DNA from: Vampirovibrio sp.
GTDB lineage: Bacteria; Cyanobacteriota; Vampirovibrionia; Vampirovibrionales; Vampirovibrionaceae
Direction of reading: 5' to 3'
Assembly (NCBI RefSeq): GCF_041737375.1
Contig: NZ_JBGSRV010000008.1
Location: 88,500-152,499 of the forward strand
DNA: 64,000 bases
Part shown: positions 28,517 to 39,040 of the stretch, in pieces
Numbering within the stretch: the first letter of the stretch is position 1
Layout: every line of letters begins with the position of its first letter
Notes under the pieces: model-generated
Database searches by the model: none
What the model saw: only the letters and a program-made list of their open reading frames with translations
What the model was told of the DNA's origin: nothing
Made by a program: the position numbers and the translations under genes

Positions 28517-31500
28517 ATGCCAACCAACAATTCGCCCATTCACGCTTTATACAAGTTGTTGATTTACACCCTGATGTCCCCGTTGCGGGATCAGGCGTTT
28601 CAGGGCACCCGCAAGGCCAAGATTTCCGATACCGAAAAAGAGGCGCTGGCCTCTGGTTCTATTGGGTTTGAACGAGAAATTCTCAGCGGACACCCGGATT
28701 GGTCTAAATTGCTGGATTTGCCCAAACCGCATTTAAACGAAATAGAGAAAGCCTTTCTGGATGGTCCGGTGGAGCAATTATGCGACTTGCTGGATGACTG
28801 GAAAATTCGCACCGAGTTGAAAGATTTACCGCCCGAAGTGTGGGCTTTTATGAAGGAAAAAGGCTTCTTCGGGATGATTATTCCCAAGGAGTACGGGGGG
28901 CTGGGCTTCTCTGCCAGAGCGCATTCGGAAGTGGTGATGAAACTGGCCAGCCGCAGCACCACCGCTTGCGTGACGGCTATGGTGCCCAATTCCTTAGGGC
29001 CTGCCGAATTGCTGATTCGTTATGGCACCGATGCTCAAAAAACACACTACCTGCCTCGTCTGGCCAAAGGCATTGAAATTCCCTCCTTTGCGCTGACTGA
29101 GCCGGATGCCGGATCGGATGCCTCCAGCATGACCGCCAACGGGATGGTCTGTGAGCGAGAGGGTCAGTTGGGTATTTTGCTCAATTGGGAAAAGCGCTAC
29201 ATTACCCTCAGCCCCATTACCACCTTGTTGGGGCTGGCCTTTAAATTACGCGATCCCGATGGCTTATTGGGTCATCAAAAAGAGTTGGGCATTACGCTGG
29301 CTTTAATTCCGGTTGAAACCGCCGGGACCGAAATTGGGCGCCGCCACAACCCGCTGGGCATACCCTTTATGAACGGCCCTACTTATGGAAAAGATGTCTG
29401 GATTTCGCTCGATCAAATTATTGGGGGCCGGGAATTCGCCGGTCAGGGCTGGCGCATGTTAATGGAATGTTTATCGGTGGGGCGCTGTATTTCTTTGCCC
29501 GCTTTATCGGTGGGTTCCGCCAAATTGGTGAGCCGCATGACAGGGGCTTACAGTCGGGTGCGTAAGCAGTTTAAAGTTTCTATTAATCAGTTTGAAGGGG
29601 TGGAAGAGTTGCTGGCCCGTATGGCGGGCACCACTTACCTGATGGAAGCTTCTCGTATGGTTACTTTGCAGATGCTGGATCGGGGCGAGCATCCCACCAT
29701 TCTTTCCGCTATTTTGAAATACCATATGACCGAATATGGGCGAAAAATCGTGAATGACGGCATGGATATTTTGGGCGGCAAAGCCATTTGCGAAGGGCCG
29801 GATAATTTAATTGGGGCGCTGTATCACGGCATTCCCATTGGCATTACGGTAGAAGGGGCCAATATTTTGACCCGAAATATGATTATTTTCGGGCAAGGAT
29901 CGGTGCGCTCTCACCCCTACCTGTTGCGAGAAATTGAAGCGGCCCGCTTGGACGATGAAAAAGAAGCCCGTGCTAAATTCAGCGATTTAATGGCCCAGCA
30001 TGTACGGCATAGCGTGGAAAATACGTTCCGTAGCCTGTTTTTCGGGCTGACCAGCGGTCACTTCAGTGGAGTCCCTCAGGCTGATAAGACAGAAGCGTTT
30101 TACTTTCGGCATATCAATCGCCTCAGTGCGGCTTATGCCACGCTGGCCGATAATATCCTGATGCTGCTGGGCGATAGCGTGAAGCGGAAAGAACGCATTT
30201 CCGCCTTGTTGGGGGACAGCATGAGTTACCTGTTTATGGCCTCCGCGGTGTTGCGCCATTATCAGGCCAACGGACGGCTGGAAGATGAGCGTTTGTTAGT
30301 ACACTGGTCTTGTCAAACCCTGCTGCATCAAGCGGAAGAAAGCATGGATCGCTTGTTGAACAACTTCCCCAACCCTGTATTGGGTGCCTTGTTGCGGCCC
30401 GTTATTTTCCCGCTGGGGCGCAGAATTGATTTGCCGTCTCACCGACTGGATCGCAAAGTGGCCAGAGTATTAATTGAGCCGGGTTCGCTGCGGGATCGGT
30501 TGACGGATGGCATTTACCTGCCCACCAGTGAAACAGAACCTTTGGGCAAACTGGAGCAGTGCATGCGCATGGCCATTCAGGCCGATGCGCTGGAAGTCAC
30601 CATTCGCCAAGCCAAAAAAGAAGGCCGCCTCACCTCGCAAACCCCGGCTGCCTTGTTGCAGGAAGCGGCGGCTCAAAAAATTCTGAGCGTTGATGAGTTG
30701 AGCTTGCTGAAACGGGTGGAAGTGTTGCGGAAGCAGGTGCTGGCCGTGGATGATTTTGATCTCCATTTTAATTTCGAGGAAAAAAAAACGGCATTTGCCG
30801 ACGGGAAACGGTTAAAGGCCATTTATCCACTGGGCACCCGGTGGAATCTGGACATTCCACGCACTGATTTGGTGCAAATGGTGGAACAAGCCGTTGATCA
30901 ATACAAGGATTTGCCTTGTATCGATTCGCTGGGCAAAAAATATAATTACGCCGAGTTTGGGGCCTTGGTAAGTAAAGCGGCCGCCGGTTTACAGGCTATT
31001 GGGGTTCAAAAAGGCGATAAAATTGGCTTGTATATGGCCAACACGCCTTATTACCCCATTTTGTTTTTCGCGGCCCTGAAGGCGGGTGCCATTGTGGTGA
31101 ATTTTTGCCCGATGCACACGTTAAACGAGTTGCGGGATCAGGCCGTGGACAGCCAAACCAAAATGATGGTCACGCTGGACTTAAAAGATTCTTTCGAGAA
31201 GTCCATGCACCTGCAAAAAGAGGGCATTCTGGAGCGAGTGATCGCCTGTAAAATGGAAGAGGTGTTGCCCTTCTTCAAGTCTCACGCCTACCGTCTTTTC
31301 AGGGGATCTCAAATTGCACGGCCCGAGGAAAATGGCGACACCCGTTTAGTGGCCAATTCTGGTGCGGATCAACTGATCTGGTTTCGCGAGCTGATTACCC
31401 AGAAAAAAGCGTTTACGCCGGTTTTGATTGAGCCAGAGGATGTGGCCGTGTTGCAGTACACCGGCGGCACCACCGGAACCCCCAAGGGGGCCATGCTGAC

Positions 31501-32611
31501 CCATGCTAATCTGGTATCCAACGTTTACCAGATTGAGGAATACTTCGGGGTATCCGCCAATAAGCCCCAGTGTGAAGCGTTACTGCGCCCCGGAAAAGAG
31601 CGTGTTTTGGCCACCATTCCTTATTTTCATATTTTCGGAATGACGGTGGCCATGTTGTCCAGTTTGAAAATGGGCAGTGAAATCCTGATTTTGCCGGACC
31701 CTCGAAATACACTGGAAATTTTGAAAACCATTCAGGAAAAAAAGCCGACCTTGTTTCCAGCCGTTCCCCGCTTGCTGCAAGCCATTTGCGAAAGTCCAAA
31801 AATGGCAAACTTTGACCTGGGAGGCTTTGAAAAAGTCATTTCAGGGGGAGCCGCTTTGCCGGATAATTTTAAGCAATCTTTTGAAAAAGCCACCGGCAAA
31901 AAAGGGCTGATCAAACAGGGGTATGGGTTGACGGAAACCTCGCCCGTTGCTGCCGCAAACCCACCGTATGGCATCAATAAATCAGAATCTGTGGGCTTGC
32001 CATTGCCGCAAACCCGCATTCAAATTGTGGATGCCGAGGACCCGGATCGGGTGCTGACCATGGGCGAAGTGGGAGAAATTTGCGTGAGTGGTCCGCAGGT
32101 GATGAAAGGCTATTACAATCGACCGGAGGAAACGGCCCAGATTTTGCGAAACGGCTGGTTTCTGACCGGCGATTTGGGATACCTGGATGATGATTATTAT
32201 CTGCATATTGTGGATCGTAAAAAGCGTTTGATTCTGGTCAATGGATTGAACGTTTACCCCACCCAGATTGAGCAGGCCATTTCTCGACATCCTGCGGTGA
32301 TGGAGTGTATGGTGATTAGTGTGGCCGATAGTCGTTCGGGTGAGGCAGCCAAGGCCTTGATTCGCCTAAAGGCGGGGCATGCGGTTTCGGCCCAGCAAAT
32401 TCAGGTATTTCTTAGTGAATATTTAAGCCGCATTGAATTGCCTAAACACATTGAATTTATCAATTATGAGTTACCCAAAACGGCGGTGGGCAAACCCGAC
32501 TGGCGAACCATGCAGGAGCGTGAAAAGCTGGCCGCCTTGCCGCATGGAGACGTTGGTATTTCCGGTATTACAGACATTCAGGACGGTTTAGATATGGAGC
32601 AGGCATCATGA
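28517..32611 (+). CDS. Acyl-CoA dehydrogenase (FadE-type) fused to long-chain fatty acyl-CoA ligase (FadD-type)
   Basis: N-half: MVPNSLGP, FALTEPDAGSDA, ITVEGANILTR; C-half: YTGGTTGTPKG, GYGLTE, TGD, VDRKK, PKTAVGK. Confidence 0.92.
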   Translation: MPTNNSPIHALYKLLIYTLMSPLRDQAFQGTRKAKISDTEKEALASGSIGFEREILSGHPDWSKLLDLPKPHLNEIEKAFLDGPVEQLCDLLDDWKIRTELKDLPPEVWAFMKEKGFFGMIIPKEYGGLGFSARAHSEVVMKLASRSTTACVTAMVPNSLGPAELLIRYGTDAQKTHYLPRLAKGIEIPSFALTEPDAGSDASSMTANGMVCEREGQLGILLNWEKRYITLSPITTLLGLAFKLRDPDGLLGHQKELGITLALIPVETAGTEIGRRHNPLGIPFMNGPTYGKDVWISLDQIIGGREFAGQGWRMLMECLSVGRCISLPALSVGSAKLVSRMTGAYSRVRKQFKVSINQFEGVEELLARMAGTTYLMEASRMVTLQMLDRGEHPTILSAILKYHMTEYGRKIVNDGMDILGGKAICEGPDNLIGALYHGIPIGITVEGANILTRNMIIFGQGSVRSHPYLLREIEAARLDDEKEARAKFSDLMAQHVRHSVENTFRSLFFGLTSGHFSGVPQADKTEAFYFRHINRLSAAYATLADNILMLLGDSVKRKERISALLGDSMSYLFMASAVLRHYQANGRLEDERLLVHWSCQTLLHQAEESMDRLLNNFPNPVLGALLRPVIFPLGRRIDLPSHRLDRKVARVLIEPGSLRDRLTDGIYLPTSETEPLGKLEQCMRMAIQADALEVTIRQAKKEGRLTSQTPAALLQEAAAQKILSVDELSLLKRVEVLRKQVLAVDDFDLHFNFEEKKTAFADGKRLKAIYPLGTRWNLDIPRTDLVQMVEQAVDQYKDLPCIDSLGKKYNYAEFGALVSKAAAGLQAIGVQKGDKIGLYMANTPYYPILFFAALKAGAIVVNFCPMHTLNELRDQAVDSQTKMMVTLDLKDSFEKSMHLQKEGILERVIACKMEEVLPFFKSHAYRLFRGSQIARPEENGDTRLVANSGADQLIWFRELITQKKAFTPVLIEPEDVAVLQYTGGTTGTPKGAMLTHANLVSNVYQIEEYFGVSANKPQCEALLRPGKERVLATIPYFHIFGMTVAMLSSLKMGSEILILPDPRNTLEILKTIQEKKPTLFPAVPRLLQAICESPKMANFDLGGFEKVISGGAALPDNFKQSFEKATGKKGLIKQGYGLTETSPVAAANPPYGINKSESVGLPLPQTRIQIVDAEDPDRVLTMGEVGEICVSGPQVMKGYYNRPEETAQILRNGWFLTGDLGYLDDDYYLHIVDRKKRLILVNGLNVYPTQIEQAISRHPAVMECMVISVADSRSGEAAKALIRLKAGHAVSAQQIQVFLSEYLSRIELPKHIEFINYELPKTAVGKPDWRTMQEREKLAALPHGDVGISGITDIQDGLDMEQAS

Positions 32612-33792
32612 AGCAAGCGGTGATTGTGGACTATTTACGGACTCCCTTTGCCAAAGCGGTGGAGCCGACCTCAGGCAGCACCCGACACGGTAAATTCGCT
32701 ACCTGCTTGCCGGATGACATGGTGGCCGCCCTCATTGCGGAAAGCTTGCGACGCACCGGGGTGAACGCTCAGGATATTGAAAATCTGTTGCTGGGCTGTG
32801 TCCATCAGGAGGCAGAGCAGGGGCTGAATTTAGCCCGCATGATTGTGCTGAACCCGGATTCCCGCTTGCCGCAAAGCGTGGGCGGGGTGAGCGTGGATCG
32901 GTTTTGTGGATCGTCCATGCACATTATTGCCGATGCCAAAAACGCCATTATGGCCGGTGAGGCCGATGTGATGCTGTGCGCTGGCGTTCAGTCCATCAGC
33001 CGGGTGCCTATGGCGGGCTGGAATCCCATGCTGAATCCCAAGGTGTATGACGGCAATGCCAAAGGGTTTATGAACATGGGCATCACCGCTGAAAATCTGG
33101 CGGAGCGCTATCAAATTTCCAGAGAAGCGCAGGAAGAATTCGCGCTGCTGTCTCATCAAAAAGCGGCCAAAGCGCAAGCGGCCGGACATTTTGGAACAGA
33201 GATCATGCGCTATCAGGGGCTGGATCTGGATGACAGTGTGCGGGCCGATTCTTCGCTGGCGCAACTGGCCAAATTAAAACCCGCCTTTAAGCAGGAAGGC
33301 ACGGTGACGGCGGCCACTTCATCGCCGCATACGGATGGGGCTTCGCTGGTGTTGCTGGCCGCTGAGGATTACGCGCAAGCCCACCAGTTACCGGTTTTGG
33401 CTCGGGTGATAGCCTTTGCCGGATCGGGTTGTGAGCCTGAAATAATGGGCATTGGTCCGGTTCATGCCATTCAAAAAGCCCTGAGCCGAGCGGGATTATC
33501 CATGCGGGATATTGGGGTGGTGGAGTTGAATGAAGCCTTTGCGGTGCAAGCGTTGGCCGTGTTAAAAGCACTGGATGAATTGGGCTTAACCGTGGACCCT
33601 CACAAATTGAATATGGATGGCGGGGCCATTGCGCTGGGCCATCCGCTGGGGGCTTCCGGCGCTCGCATTACCGGGAAGGTGGCCCAGTTGTTGCAGCGTA
33701 CCGGGCAGCGCTATGGTCTGGCTTCCATGTGTATTGGCGGGGGCCAGGGGGTGGCCATTGTGCTGGAGAATCCTTTAGCCAGCAAAGCCTGA
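32608..33792 (+). CDS. fadA: Acetyl-CoA C-acyltransferase (thiolase)
   Basis: RFCGSS, ELNEAFA, GAIALGHPLG, MCIGGGQG; ATGA overlap with upstream gene. Confidence 0.93.
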   Translation: MKQAVIVDYLRTPFAKAVEPTSGSTRHGKFATCLPDDMVAALIAESLRRTGVNAQDIENLLLGCVHQEAEQGLNLARMIVLNPDSRLPQSVGGVSVDRFCGSSMHIIADAKNAIMAGEADVMLCAGVQSISRVPMAGWNPMLNPKVYDGNAKGFMNMGITAENLAERYQISREAQEEFALLSHQKAAKAQAAGHFGTEIMRYQGLDLDDSVRADSSLAQLAKLKPAFKQEGTVTAATSSPHTDGASLVLLAAEDYAQAHQLPVLARVIAFAGSGCEPEIMGIGPVHAIQKALSRAGLSMRDIGVVELNEAFAVQALAVLKALDELGLTVDPHKLNMDGGAIALGHPLGASGARITGKVAQLLQRTGQRYGLASMCIGGGQGVAIVLENPLASKA

Positions 33793-33887
33793 TCAGGCCC
33801 CCAAAACATGCTGAGCTTGCCGTGAATTTTTGACCGGCTGACGCGTTTAAAACGAATTAAAAAGACGAACCAAAAAGGCTGTACTGT

Positions 33888-36503
33888 ATGACAGAAATTC
33901 ATTCCATCAAAAAAGCGGCAGTCATTGGGGCAGGGGCCATGGGATCGGGAATTGCCGCTCAACTGGCCAACGCGGGCGTTCAGGTTTACTTGCTGGATAT
34001 TGTTCCCCAGGACAATCCTGATAGAAACTGGATAGCCAATAATGCCATTCAACGCATGCTCAAAGCCACCCCTGCCACCGATCCGCTGAATGCGGGCCTG
34101 ATGATTCCAGATAATGCCCGGCGCATTACCACCGGCAATCTGGAAGACCATTTGGCAGAGGCAGTGCGGGATGCCGACTGGGTGGTGGAAGTGATTGTGG
34201 AAAATCTGGAAATTAAGCAGGCCTTGTATGCCAAGCTGGAAACGCTTTGTAAGCCAGAGGCCATTTTGTCTTCTAACACCTCCACCATTCCTTTAAAAGC
34301 GTTAATTGAAGGACGCTCGATGGGGTTTAAGCAGCGTTTTGTGATTACCCACTTTTTTAATCCGCCCCGTTTTATGCACTTGCTGGAAATTGTGACCGGC
34401 CCGGAAACCGATGCCGGTATTGCGGACAGCATGCGGGAATTTGGGGATAGCCGCCTTGGAAAAAATGTGGTTATTTGCAAAGATACCCCTGCTTTTTTAG
34501 CCAACCGCATTGGCATTTATTTTATGTTTCGGGCCATTACGGAAGCCATTGAAACCCATATGAATATTGAGGACGTGGATGCCATTTTGGGGAAACCCAT
34601 TGGGTACCCCAAGGAAGGCATTTTTGGGCTGCTGGATTTGGTGGGCATTGGCATTATTCCCCTGGTGACCGATAGCTTGTTGAAAACCTTACCCGCAAAT
34701 GACGCGTTTCGGAAGTTTGATCATGAAAAAGGGTTGACCCTGGTGGGTAACTTGTTGAAAGATGGCTGCTCGGGCCGTAATTCACCCAAAGGCGGCTTTT
34801 ACCGCATGCAAAAAAACGCGGATGGCAGCAAACAAAAACAAGCGGTTCAGCTCCATAGCCGTGAGTATTACCCGGTGGAAAAATCCAGACTGGCTTGCGT
34901 GAAATCGGCTCGCAAATATGGTCCCAAAGCCATGTATGAAACCGATGATCGCTATGGTCGCTTTGCCTGGGTGGTGGTGCGGGATACCTTGCTGTATGCC
35001 GCCTCGCTGATTCCTGAAATCGCCGATGATATCGCCGATGTGGATGCCGCGTTGCGGGGTGGGTACAACGCCCATTGGGGTCCCTTTGAGCAAATTGATC
35101 AGGTGGGCGTGGCCTGGTTTTGTGAGCGCTTGAAAGCGGATGGTATTGAATTACCCCCGGTGCTTCAGCTGGCCAACAACCGGCAATTTTACAGAACGGT
35201 GAATGGAAAAACCACACGCTTGGTGTTTGATTTTGAGAACAACCGGGCGGATTACGTGGAACTGCCCGCTCGGGCCGGATGTTTGAATCTGGGCGAATGG
35301 AAGCACCGTCAATCGCCCTTGGTGAGCCATTATTCGGCCAGCCTGTGGGATATTGGCGACGGGGTAACCTGTCTAGAGTTTCACTCCAAAATGAACACTC
35401 TGGATCCTTCCGTGTTGCGGGTGGTAAATGACAGCGTTCAGTTTATGATACGCAACGCCAGTGAATACAAGGCCATGGTGATTTACAACGAGGAAAAAAA
35501 CTTCTCATTGGGTGCCAATCTGGGACTCATTGACGCCGGGTTTCAGTTGATGGGTCATTCCTGGATTCGAAAAACTGGACTGGGCGGGCCATTGGGGGCT
35601 TGCCTGTATCAGCAGGTGGAAGCGCTGATTTATCAGGGGCAAAGTGTGTTTAGCGCCTTGCGAAACGCCCCCTTTCCGGTGGTAGGCGCACCCAAGGGCA
35701 TGGCCATTGGCGGAGGCTGCGAAATTTTGCTGCATTGCGATGCCTTGCAAGCCAATGCCGAAACCTATATGGGTTTGGTGGAAAGCGGAGTGGGCCTGAT
35801 TCCCGGATGGGGTGGCTGTGCCCGTTATCTGGAGCGAGCCATGCGGGAACCGGCGCTGCAAGGCGGGGTCATTCCTCCGGTGCGAAAGGCGTTTCAGGCC
35901 ATTTTAATGCCGCAGGTGGCGGTGTCCACCTCTGGGCAGGATGCCCGCCAAAAGTTGTGGCTAGGCCCTGAGGATGGCATCACCATGAACCCGGATCGGT
36001 TGCTGGCGGATGCCAAGGCCAAGGCGCTGGCCATGGCGGAGGGTTATCAAGCCCCGTCGCCAGTGGTGTTTCGCTTGCCCGGAGCCGCTGGTAAAGCGGC
36101 CTTACGCATGGCCATTGATGACTTTTACGCTAAGGGAGACGCCACCTGGCACGATGTGGTAGTAGCGGATGCGTTGGCTGATGTGTTAACGGGCGGAGAT
36201 ACCCATTCTTCCTTCACCCTCAGCGAAAATGATGTATTGCAACTGGAGCGGGAGCATTTTCTATCCCTCATTCGCACCGAACAAACCCAAAAACGAATTG
36301 CCCATACCCTTAAAGCCGGTAAGCCACTGCGGGAAGACCCGGCCAAAGTGAGCGAATCACTGGATGCGTTAAGGGCCATGCGGAAACCCAAGCGCTTAGG
36401 CAAGCGCCACGTTTCGGGTCAGCCCTTAACGGGCGTGGATGCGCTTCAGTTGAACTGGATGGCTGGATTAACCGCCTTTCTTTTAAAAAAAGTGGCTCCT
36501 TAA
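33888..36503 (+). CDS. 3-hydroxyacyl-CoA dehydrogenase / enoyl-CoA hydratase (dehydrogenase-first, FadN-like)
   Basis: GAGAMGSG, SSNTST, HFFNPP; crotonase FSLGANL, GGGCE, LVESGVGLIPG. Confidence 0.92.
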   Translation: MTEIHSIKKAAVIGAGAMGSGIAAQLANAGVQVYLLDIVPQDNPDRNWIANNAIQRMLKATPATDPLNAGLMIPDNARRITTGNLEDHLAEAVRDADWVVEVIVENLEIKQALYAKLETLCKPEAILSSNTSTIPLKALIEGRSMGFKQRFVITHFFNPPRFMHLLEIVTGPETDAGIADSMREFGDSRLGKNVVICKDTPAFLANRIGIYFMFRAITEAIETHMNIEDVDAILGKPIGYPKEGIFGLLDLVGIGIIPLVTDSLLKTLPANDAFRKFDHEKGLTLVGNLLKDGCSGRNSPKGGFYRMQKNADGSKQKQAVQLHSREYYPVEKSRLACVKSARKYGPKAMYETDDRYGRFAWVVVRDTLLYAASLIPEIADDIADVDAALRGGYNAHWGPFEQIDQVGVAWFCERLKADGIELPPVLQLANNRQFYRTVNGKTTRLVFDFENNRADYVELPARAGCLNLGEWKHRQSPLVSHYSASLWDIGDGVTCLEFHSKMNTLDPSVLRVVNDSVQFMIRNASEYKAMVIYNEEKNFSLGANLGLIDAGFQLMGHSWIRKTGLGGPLGACLYQQVEALIYQGQSVFSALRNAPFPVVGAPKGMAIGGGCEILLHCDALQANAETYMGLVESGVGLIPGWGGCARYLERAMREPALQGGVIPPVRKAFQAILMPQVAVSTSGQDARQKLWLGPEDGITMNPDRLLADAKAKALAMAEGYQAPSPVVFRLPGAAGKAALRMAIDDFYAKGDATWHDVVVADALADVLTGGDTHSSFTLSENDVLQLEREHFLSLIRTEQTQKRIAHTLKAGKPLREDPAKVSESLDALRAMRKPKRLGKRHVSGQPLTGVDALQLNWMAGLTAFLLKKVAP

Positions 36504-37379
36504 TGCTTTGAAATTGCCGTCAAATGCCATCCAGCCCTTTACGTTTTGATGGGTTGGATTGATGGCGCCATAGGGCATTCCGTTATTCAGGGCTTTGCTT
36601 AAAGTGGTAAAACCATGATCTTGATAGAGGTTTTTTAACGCTTCATTTTCTGGTTTGACCATGATGCGAATATCATGGAGCCGAGCTTGCCGAGTGGCTT
36701 CTTTAATTAAATGGTTTTGAATAGGGCCGCCAACTGGTGAGTCGGCAATTGCGTCTGACAAATCCAGTTCAATTCGGTAGAACGATTTGGGTAATTTGTC
36801 TCCCAGTGTTTGAGACAAGCGGCTTTTGCGAAGTAATCCCATGGTTTCGCCCTTTGTATTTTCCAGCCAAAACGCACCATGGGGACTGAGATTGCCAAAC
36901 TGGTTAAAGGTATGCTGGTTGCGTTCTGAATCAAGAAAGGAAATACTTTTTTGCCAATCGGGCGTGTGAGGCAGTGCTATATTGCGAGGCTGACTTGCTT
37001 GGGCTTTTTGGGGCAGTGGGGCCGCTGGGTCGGACAGACGGATGTCCTCTGCGTTGTTTAAAGTGGGGCTTAAGGCTGGAAAAAATGCCGTCTGGGTACT
37101 TTTTTCTTTTTGGGGAGATGAGTCCCAGTGGGGGTAGTATGGTTTGAGCGAGGCCGACAGGTTTTTCAGTGTGTCCTTAACCTGGTGTTTCCAGCCGGAC
37201 TGATCTGGGCTGGGTGATGGTAATTCCAGGGGCAATGGCGCCGTGTGTGGCCAGTCTCGTTCCAGTTTTTCTGCCACTTTGTCTGAGGCGTATTGGGTAT
37301 CTTGCTCTAAACACGCTGATTCTCTGGATTTTCGGGCAGGCCAAACTGGGCTGCCTGAAAGATGAATACCCACCATCAC
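36483..37379 (-). CDS. Hypothetical protein with low-complexity N-half and possible GNAT-like C-terminus
   Basis: NEALKNLYQDHGF resembles the GNAT C-terminal motif; 21-nt convergent overlap with the preceding gene. Confidence 0.55.
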   Translation of the reverse strand: MMVGIHLSGSPVWPARKSRESACLEQDTQYASDKVAEKLERDWPHTAPLPLELPSPSPDQSGWKHQVKDTLKNLSASLKPYYPHWDSSPQKEKSTQTAFFPALSPTLNNAEDIRLSDPAAPLPQKAQASQPRNIALPHTPDWQKSISFLDSERNQHTFNQFGNLSPHGAFWLENTKGETMGLLRKSRLSQTLGDKLPKSFYRIELDLSDAIADSPVGGPIQNHLIKEATRQARLHDIRIMVKPENEALKNLYQDHGFTTLSKALNNGMPYGAINPTHQNVKGWMAFDGNFKALRSHFF

Positions 37380-37680
37380 AACAATCCTCTTTTCTTTTGT
37401 GTAAACCCCATTGAATGAAAAATTTTTAAATAGACAGTGATTTTATTGGAAAACGAATAGTCATTTTTACAATAAAAAAAGCAAAAATAAAATGCACTGT
37501 TTCCTTTGGGTGAGTTTAATCGTATTGAGGTGAATTGAATTCTATAGGAACGGATTTGAAATTATCCACTTGGGGAGTTCGTTAACCTCCCAATACAGGC
37601 GATTTGAATGCTTTTAAAAAAGACTAAAATTAAAACGATATGATGAAAATCAGGAGGCAATTTTATAAAGGAGGCTCCTG

Positions 37681-38085
37681 ATGGCCTGCTTCCACTTACC
37701 CGATCGTCACCATTTGGCCGTATTGGCCTTGAAAAAACTCCCGCCGTTCCAGGTTCCAGATCGACCCCAAGGCTTGCAGCCTCTGGTTGAACACCTGAGA
37801 GGGGTACTGGAAACCTTTGGAAAAGGTCACCCTCCGGCGGTACAAATTCCATCGGTGATTGCCATGGCACTCTTTTATCGGTGTGACATTCTGGATCTGC
37901 TGGAAAGTTTGAGCTTACTGCGAGAAGACCGGTATGACTATTTGATGAAGGGCTTGGATTTACCCATTGTACTGGTAGACCCCTTGTCTCGCCTGCGACG
38001 CAGCCGGGTTAAGTTGCGTCGCATCGCTCGAGCCATTCGATTGAACCAGACCCACCGGCCTATTTTTCCAGAGTATCCGCTCTAA
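37681..38085 (+). CDS. Hypothetical protein
   Basis: Strong AAGGAGG RBS; upstream of the USP gene. Confidence 0.65.
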   Translation: MACFHLPDRHHLAVLALKKLPPFQVPDRPQGLQPLVEHLRGVLETFGKGHPPAVQIPSVIAMALFYRCDILDLLESLSLLREDRYDYLMKGLDLPIVLVDPLSRLRRSRVKLRRIARAIRLNQTHRPIFPEYPL

Positions 38086-38126
38086 CGCTTCACCGTTATT
38101 TAGGTTACTGAGACAGGAGGGTATTC

Positions 38127-38573
38127 ATGAAGATTCTGCTTCCCATTGATGGCTCCGATTGCGCCAATCATACCCTGAGTTGGGTCGCTGACACGTTTGA
38201 CCGGCAAAACACCCAATATTATTTGTTGTTTGTGATTCCGGTGCTACCGGATTTAAACACCGTTGAGTTTGACATTGTGGAGGCCAACGCCATGTTGCGT
38301 AAGGCTCGAAATTTGCTTGAGGGCAAAGGGTGTATGGTGGTTAGCACCGATTATGCTTTGGGGGATATTGTGGAGCAAATTTGCAGTTACGCCGATGAAA
38401 TTGAGGCGGATCAAATTGTGATTGGCTCTCACGGGCGCACCGGTTTTTCCAAGTTGTTAATGGGCAGCACCAGTATTCGGGTGTTGGAGCATAGTCATCG
38501 TCCGGTGACCTTGCATCGCAATATCGAGCGTCCTGTTAGAGAGCGAGGCCTCTCGTCCGGCACGGTGTTTTAG
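38127..38573 (+). CDS. Universal stress protein
   Basis: KILLPIDGS; IVIGSHGRTG....MGSTS. Confidence 0.93.
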   Translation: MKILLPIDGSDCANHTLSWVADTFDRQNTQYYLLFVIPVLPDLNTVEFDIVEANAMLRKARNLLEGKGCMVVSTDYALGDIVEQICSYADEIEADQIVIGSHGRTGFSKLLMGSTSIRVLEHSHRPVTLHRNIERPVRERGLSSGTVF

Positions 38574-39040
38574 CCTTTTGTAAACACTTATTCAAGACGG
38601 AATTGATGGTTGAAACGATGGGCTTAATAATCTGCCAATCTTTACCTTCTCTTAATCCGGCGGATGGTTGCAGTAGGGCTTTGTTTGCTCCGTTGTTTAA
38701 ATTTTTCAAAAAACCTGATTGGGAGTGGCTCGAACGCTCAGCCGTTTTGGGCAGGCTTTGGTTTTTTATATACTGTTTTAAAAACAAATTTAGCCATTGA
38801 GGGAGAGGAGATACCCAGATGGTTAGGTACTCATCCCGTCTGTTTTGAATACAATTATTTTTGTTCAGTCCGCTAGCAAAGCGGCCTACGGTCTTATAAT
38901 CCGGTATTTTACGTTTGGAATGGTTGAATCGTGGAAGAGAGTTTATTGATTGCTTGAATCAAGCGTTCTGCTTCATGCGGCATTGGGCTGCGTGGTTGCA
39001 GGACATTAATCTTAGCGTGGTCACAGTACATCATTCCCTT

